From: Candidatus Latescibacterota bacterium
GTDB lineage: Bacteria; Latescibacterota; UBA2968; UBA8231
Direction: 5' to 3'
Assembly: GCA_965206595.1 (NCBI GenBank)
Contig: OZ242214.1
Coordinates: forward strand, 2,368,001-2,432,000
DNA: 64,000 bases
The notes under the pieces were generated by a model, which was not told where the DNA came from, made no database searches, and was given only the letters and a program-made list of their open reading frames with translations. Made by a program: the position numbers and the translations under genes. Numbering within the stretch: position 1 is the first letter of the stretch; every line of letters starts with the position of its first letter. Shown piece after piece: positions 59,307-64,000 of this stretch.

Positions 59307-59428
59307 CCTACCTGGTCGAGCTGCGCAAACACCTCGACTACGAGCAAGTTGTCGGGGCGATCCGGGATCTCGAGCCCATCGTCGAGTTTGCCCGTCTTGC
59401 AGCCTCCCTCGAACAGAAAGAGCAATAG
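59303..59428 (+). pseudogene. HEPN (DUF86/HepT) toxin remnant with in-frame internal deletion
   Basis: MTYLVELRKHL|DYEQVVGAIRDLEPIVEFAR; RxxxxH active site missing; GTG overlaps the MNT stop. Confidence 0.7.
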
Positions 59429-59552
59429 CCGGATTGACTGGCCGCCCCGCCTGACCGGCCCCGGGCAGCCCGTTGCGATATCAGGATACCCAGCCGATGA
59501 TGGCCATAAACAACTGGCATTCGGTTAAACAGCAGATCGCAGAGGACTCGTA

Positions 59553-60734
59553 ATGAAGATCACCGGCATCAGGACCTACAAGTTCACCCACGTCGGCGAA
59601 GGCCAGACCATCACCGACGACCGGGACGAGCTGCTTCCCGCCACGCCCGCCAAGGACTGGCTCTTCTTCAAGATCGAGACTGACGCGGGAATCTGCGGCT
59701 GGGGGGAAGGCTCCGGGGAATGGCTCACCTCACCGGTCGCGGCCATGCTGCGCGACTGGGAACCGCTGCTGGTCGGCCGGGACCCTCTCGGTATTACCGC
59801 GATCACCGACGACCTGCAGAACCGCAGTCCCTGGAAAGGAGGGGCCGTCCTCGGCACCGCCATAGCCGCGGTCGACATCGCCCTCCACGACCTCGCCGGC
59901 AAGGCCTGGGGTGTCCCCGTCCACACCCTTCTCGGAGGGGCCCGCCGCGACCGCATCCGCGTGTACAGCGGCGGCGACTTCAGCACCCCGGAAGCCGCGG
60001 CCGCCTCGGCGCTGAAAGTGCAGGCCGCCGGGTACGCCGGGGTCAAGGGCAACCCGCTGGAAGAGCGGGTCTGGCCGATGGACGAGCAGGCCCTGGCCAA
60101 CAGCACCGCAGCGGTCGCCGCCATGCGCGAGGCGGCAGGTCCCGGGTTCGACATCATGCTCGACACCCACGGCAGCCCGCACCCGGAGCTGTCGATCGAG
60201 TACGCCCGCCGCGTCGCCCCGTACCGCCCGCTCTTCCTCGAGGAACCCTGCAAGGTCGGCTCGCTCGAGGCCCTCCTCGACGTCTCGCGCAACAGCCCGG
60301 TGCCGATCGCCACGGGGGAGAAGATCTTCGACCTGCCCGGCTTCGAGCCGCTCATCCGGGAGCGGGCCGTCTCCTTCCTGCAACCCGACATCGGACACAG
60401 CTTCGGCCTGGCAAGCTACATGGAGATCGCCCGCCGGGCGGAGCAGCAGCAGATCCTGATGGCCCCCCACCTCGGGGTCGGGGGACTGCTGTACGTCGCC
60501 TCCCTCCACGCCGACGCGGCGACCCCCAACTTCCTGATCCAGGAGTCCCACCAGTTGCAGCACTTCGACAGGTACATGGAGCACGACCTGCGCATCGAAG
60601 GGGGGTATGTCAACACCCCAGGAAGGCCCGGGCTCGGGGTCGAGGTAAAAGAAGCGGATATCGCCAAGATGCCTCACGTGCCCATGGAGTACCGCCAGTA
60701 CCGGCACGAAGACGGGAGCTGGAAAGGCTGGTAG
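59553..60734 (+). CDS. Enolase-superfamily acid-sugar dehydratase (galactonate dehydratase-like)
   Basis: GWGE, DLAGKA.GVPV..LLGG, LDTHG, FLEEP, ATGEK, QPD, NFLIQE. Confidence 0.88.
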   Translation: MKITGIRTYKFTHVGEGQTITDDRDELLPATPAKDWLFFKIETDAGICGWGEGSGEWLTSPVAAMLRDWEPLLVGRDPLGITAITDDLQNRSPWKGGAVLGTAIAAVDIALHDLAGKAWGVPVHTLLGGARRDRIRVYSGGDFSTPEAAAASALKVQAAGYAGVKGNPLEERVWPMDEQALANSTAAVAAMREAAGPGFDIMLDTHGSPHPELSIEYARRVAPYRPLFLEEPCKVGSLEALLDVSRNSPVPIATGEKIFDLPGFEPLIRERAVSFLQPDIGHSFGLASYMEIARRAEQQQILMAPHLGVGGLLYVASLHADAATPNFLIQESHQLQHFDRYMEHDLRIEGGYVNTPGRPGLGVEVKEADIAKMPHVPMEYRQYRHEDGSWKGW

Positions 60735-60793
60735 TGATTCGGATGCCCAAGAGCTGTTCTGCGACCACATCCGGCAAAAAAAGGATCGCCCTC

Positions 60794-61741
60794 ATGAATC
60801 GATTTTTAGTGGTCCTGATTTTGACAGGGCTAGCTGAAGCGCACAGCGGAAATCGCCTGTACCCCTTCTACGAGCTTACGGATGAGATGCTGGAGAAGAT
60901 CGATATACACGACGGGTTGATCGACGAGTGGTACGAGGTCGGCGAACCCAGTATGACCCTGCTGGATTTCAAAGTCATCTTCGACCTGGAACCCCTTGAT
61001 CCGGCCAATCTCGACTTCCGCATCTGGCTGGCCTGGCATGACGAACCGGATCGCATCTACGCCGCCTTCATCATCGCTGATGACGAATACCGAAACGAGC
61101 ATGACTATACGGATACGGAAAGGTGGCGAAACGAGATGTTCAACTACGATAGCGTCGTCTTCCAACTCGACGCCGATCACAGTGGAGGCTCAGGAAGAGA
61201 GAAAGGCTGGTGGGATGATCCTTCCAGTGAGAGGTCTATCTGGCTATTTGGAGAAACGCAGAGGTATTCGGCTGTTGCTCGAACAGCAACCGGTCCGCTT
61301 TTGGAAAACGAAATCAGAGCGAATCCGGGAAGATGGAGATTTTGTGGTGGAATACCCGATTCCTGGAAGGTTCGTCCTCCCTACGGAGACGCGGGTGGTA
61401 TGGTCGCGGGAGAAAACCCTGTTGTCATTGTGATCGAGATGTATGTCACGCCATATGACTGGTGGGATGCATGGGACGACGTCGAAAAAACCGGATTCAG
61501 CGAGCTGTCCGCGCACCAGGTCATCGGCTTCTCCACCGAAATCATCGAAAAGGATTACGACCCCGATTGCCTCGACTGTTCTGGTTATTCCTGGTATCCG
61601 ACAGAAATACATGATTACGGCAGTTCGCGGGATTTCCATCGCGTCGCAGCCGATTTCTTCCTCGATGGACTGTTGCTTCCCGCTCAGGATACAGCAGTCG
61701 AGTCCGTTACATGGGGACGGATCAAGGCGTCTTTGAAGTAG
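60794..61741 (+). CDS. Secreted protein, CBM9/DOMON-like, with C-terminal TAVESVTWGRIK signal
   Basis: Signal peptide; DG.IDEW, WLAW..IY...DD, DADHSGG; C-terminal motif. Confidence 0.7.
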   Translation: MNRFLVVLILTGLAEAHSGNRLYPFYELTDEMLEKIDIHDGLIDEWYEVGEPSMTLLDFKVIFDLEPLDPANLDFRIWLAWHDEPDRIYAAFIIADDEYRNEHDYTDTERWRNEMFNYDSVVFQLDADHSGGSGREKGWWDDPSSERSIWLFGETQRYSAVARTATGPLLENEIRANPGRWRFCGGIPDSWKVRPPYGDAGGMVAGENPVVIVIEMYVTPYDWWDAWDDVEKTGFSELSAHQVIGFSTEIIEKDYDPDCLDCSGYSWYPTEIHDYGSSRDFHRVAADFFLDGLLLPAQDTAVESVTWGRIKASLK

Positions 61742-61906
61742 GCCTCTTTCCTCCTGCCCTTGCCCGCTCAAGCGGATGCGCACGATCTGAGCGGGGGCGA
61801 ATTACTGCACACAGAACGGTCAGGCTCGACGGCTCTCTGATTTTGGAGCCTGACCCGATGGTCTCTGAATCCGCCGCTGTTTACCCGGCGGCAGTGACTT
61901 ACCCAT

Positions 61907-62626
61907 TCAGCCTCGCTCGGCCCGGTGCCGGGCCACAAGTTCCGCCATGCTGTCGAAACGGAAATCCGGGGCCACCTCCTCCTGGACCGGTGCCCTCGCC
62001 CCGCCGCCGCGGCCGGCGCGCCGGTCGATCCAGGCGGTCGCCAGTCCCATCCTCTTGGCGGGCACGTGGTCGTGGAAGAGGCTCTGCGCGACATGCAGAA
62101 CCCCTGCGGGACCGCAGCCATAGTCGGCTTTCACCCGATTGAGCAGGTATTCGAAGTTGGCCGCCGCGGGCTTGTACGAACCGATCTCCTCGGCGGTGAG
62201 CACCGCATCCCAGGGATTCCCGAGGCGGGCGGCGCTGCCCCGGTAGCTGGCGCGGTCGCAGTTGGTCAGGGTGACCAGCCGGTGGCGGCGCTTCAGATAG
62301 GCCAGCGAATCGGCGGCGTCCTCGAAGGCCGGCCAGTCACCGACCGACCGGCCGAAGCGGATGCTCTCGGCATCGTCCGGTTGGCAGCCCCAGTCCCGGG
62401 CCAGGATGCGGTGGCTGGCCGCAAGGATATCGGCGTAAAGCATTCCGGGCGCCTCCTCCTGGCAGGCGGATTCCGCGCGGGCGAATGCTGCCAGGGCTTC
62501 GTCCCGGGCCGGTGGGTCGGCCAGACGCGAGCGGAGCGGCTGCAGCGCCTCCCAGATGCCCCTCTCCCAGTCGATCAGGGTTCCATAGGTGTCGAAGGTC
62601 AGTACGGGGAAATCCGACAAGCGCAT
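61907..62626 (-). CDS. HAD-family hydrolase (haloacid dehalogenase type II-like)
   Basis: FDTYGTLIDWE, LTN, YKP, HVAQSLFHDH.PA. Confidence 0.88.
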   Translation of the reverse strand: MRLSDFPVLTFDTYGTLIDWERGIWEALQPLRSRLADPPARDEALAAFARAESACQEEAPGMLYADILAASHRILARDWGCQPDDAESIRFGRSVGDWPAFEDAADSLAYLKRRHRLVTLTNCDRASYRGSAARLGNPWDAVLTAEEIGSYKPAAANFEYLLNRVKADYGCGPAGVLHVAQSLFHDHVPAKRMGLATAWIDRRAGRGGGARAPVQEEVAPDFRFDSMAELVARHRAERG

Positions 62627-63026
62627 GGGGCTTCTCCAGGTGCGGGGGTTCGGAACGGTGTCCACAACCGGTTGGGGTTTCATCCGGCAATCGCGTGCGT
62701 CCTCCCCTGCCCGGGAGAACCCCAAAATTCCCTTGATGGGCGCCCGAAAATACCGTACCTCTCCCACATATCCATTCCACCATTTCCATCAGAGTTCGCC
62801 GGTCGGGGAAACGATCACGGAAGCCGGGCAATGGCCCGGATATCTGAAAGAGTTGTCGACAGGCACGAGGCCGCCGATTGCGGCCGGATGCAAAACAGCA
62901 TGAAATCCGATTTCTGAGGAAGTTTTTTCCCCACTGGTGGCACCATTCCCGCCGCCCATATCCTTCCGTGACCGCCACGGGAGGTCGGGCGCTGGAAAGT
63001 GACACCATCAATCGCAGGAGGAAGAA

Positions 63027-63359
63027 ATGGTAGTCAGAATCATCATTGGCCTGATCACCCTGCTGGCCATAATCCAGGGCTTGTTAGGCGACCCCATCGC
63101 AGGGGGCATCCTGACCCTCGCGCTGGTCGTTCTGGGCCTGGTGTACGGGGCAGTGGGGGTCGATGCCGAGGACGCGACCGCCTACTTGGTCGTCACCCTT
63201 GCCGCCGGAGGTGCAGCGGGAATGAACGTGCTGGACCAGGAGATTCTCGCGATGGTTGGCGACCGCTTGGACGCCATCCTCGATCAGGCGGTCATCGCTC
63301 TGTTCGCCGGCGCCGTAACCGTACTCGTCACGAGGACGATCAACCGGCTCAAGGGCTGA
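63027..63359 (+). CDS. Small multi-TM membrane protein
   Basis: AGGAGG RBS; three to four hydrophobic helices. Confidence 0.7.
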   Translation: MVVRIIIGLITLLAIIQGLLGDPIAGGILTLALVVLGLVYGAVGVDAEDATAYLVVTLAAGGAAGMNVLDQEILAMVGDRLDAILDQAVIALFAGAVTVLVTRTINRLKG

Positions 63360-63918
63360 AGCCGAAGCATCCGTACCCAAGGTACTTTGCGTCGATACGC
63401 TGCGGTCTCGCAGACTCGTCGGAAATGCCTTGATTCCGTACCGCTTCCTGTGTCGGCACATCCTTCCTGCCGGCGCAGGAGGCGTTCGCAAGAATCTCAG
63501 GTAGAAGTTCCAACTCCTGAGGTCGCGTCTGGCCTTCGGCCGGGGGGGCGCGCCTTCCATAACTGCGCCGCGGTCGAACACGCCCTCCCGAAAGATGGAA
63601 AAGCGCCAAGGTAGCTCCCCCTGCTGCCTCCCCCCTCGCTGATATCCGCCCCCAAGCGCTTCCTTCTCCACGAGCCCGACCCGAGCCCTCGGTCTACCCC
63701 CTGCCTCCGCGGCATGGAAAAACATCCCCGCGACATTGTGGGGGCGATGGTTGGGCTCATATGTGTCCGGCAAACCGGGGCGACTTCTGCCCGGAGACCT
63801 CCCCTGACCCGGGCGTGCCGGTCCCTTGACAGAGAAATCGAACATGGTGCCTTTCTCTACCTGTGAACCGCACAGGGTGCGGAAACCCATGCCTCTCGCC
63901 AGAAAGGGGTGATTCAGG

Positions 63919-64000
63919 ATGGATGAGGAACAGCGCTTCGCCTTCGACACCTGGGGATTCCTCACGGTGGAAAACGCGATTACCTCCGGGCAGGTTGCGG
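63919..64000 (+). CDS. PhyH family dioxygenase, 5' part only
   Basis: MDEEQRFAFDTWGFLTVENAI, same N-terminal pattern as the other PhyH genes. Confidence 0.7.
   Translation, partial: MDEEQRFAFDTWGFLTVENAITSGQVA

Noticed and set aside
59720-60793. 673-aa ORF extending the secreted protein upstream
   Set aside because: Off-frame overlap with the dehydratase; the signal peptide begins at ATG 60794.

Overview
GC-rich bacterial chromosomal window. Several features suggest an FCB-group lineage such as Ca. Latescibacterota (inference): an expanded phytanoyl-CoA-dioxygenase (PhyH) family, FlgD-Ig-tailed secreted proteins, a C-terminal TAVESVTWGRIK-type signal, and a TonB receptor/DUF4249 pair. The backbone is catabolic: M20/M19/M81 hydrolases, dehydrogenases, Fhs, ribokinase, 7 PhyH genes or remnants, GH32, propeller hydrolases, enolase-superfamily enzymes, MFS and a sigma54 two-component system. 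It is interleaved with small defence/TA islets: TIR plus AlbA_2(Schlafen)-HATPase, a PIN pair, a type IIG/ISP-like R-M enzyme, HicB, a HipA-like pair broken by IS66, HigA, IS1380 plus truncated hsdM, pentapeptide-FRG and MNT-HEPN. Main unexplained structure: lower-GC two-gene cassettes with no integrase sit between ~100-160 bp direct repeats that duplicate the host gene junction and leave the host genes intact (28406-31803, 45763-48031, and probably an older case at 17915-18930). One cassette carries an uncharacterised pair: a small YHGY protein plus an ImmA/IrrE-like protein lacking HExxH. Most recognisable TA toxins are broken while their antitoxins are intact. Several single-base frameshifts in short homopolymers may be sequencing errors. 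No rRNA, tRNA or CRISPR array was seen.
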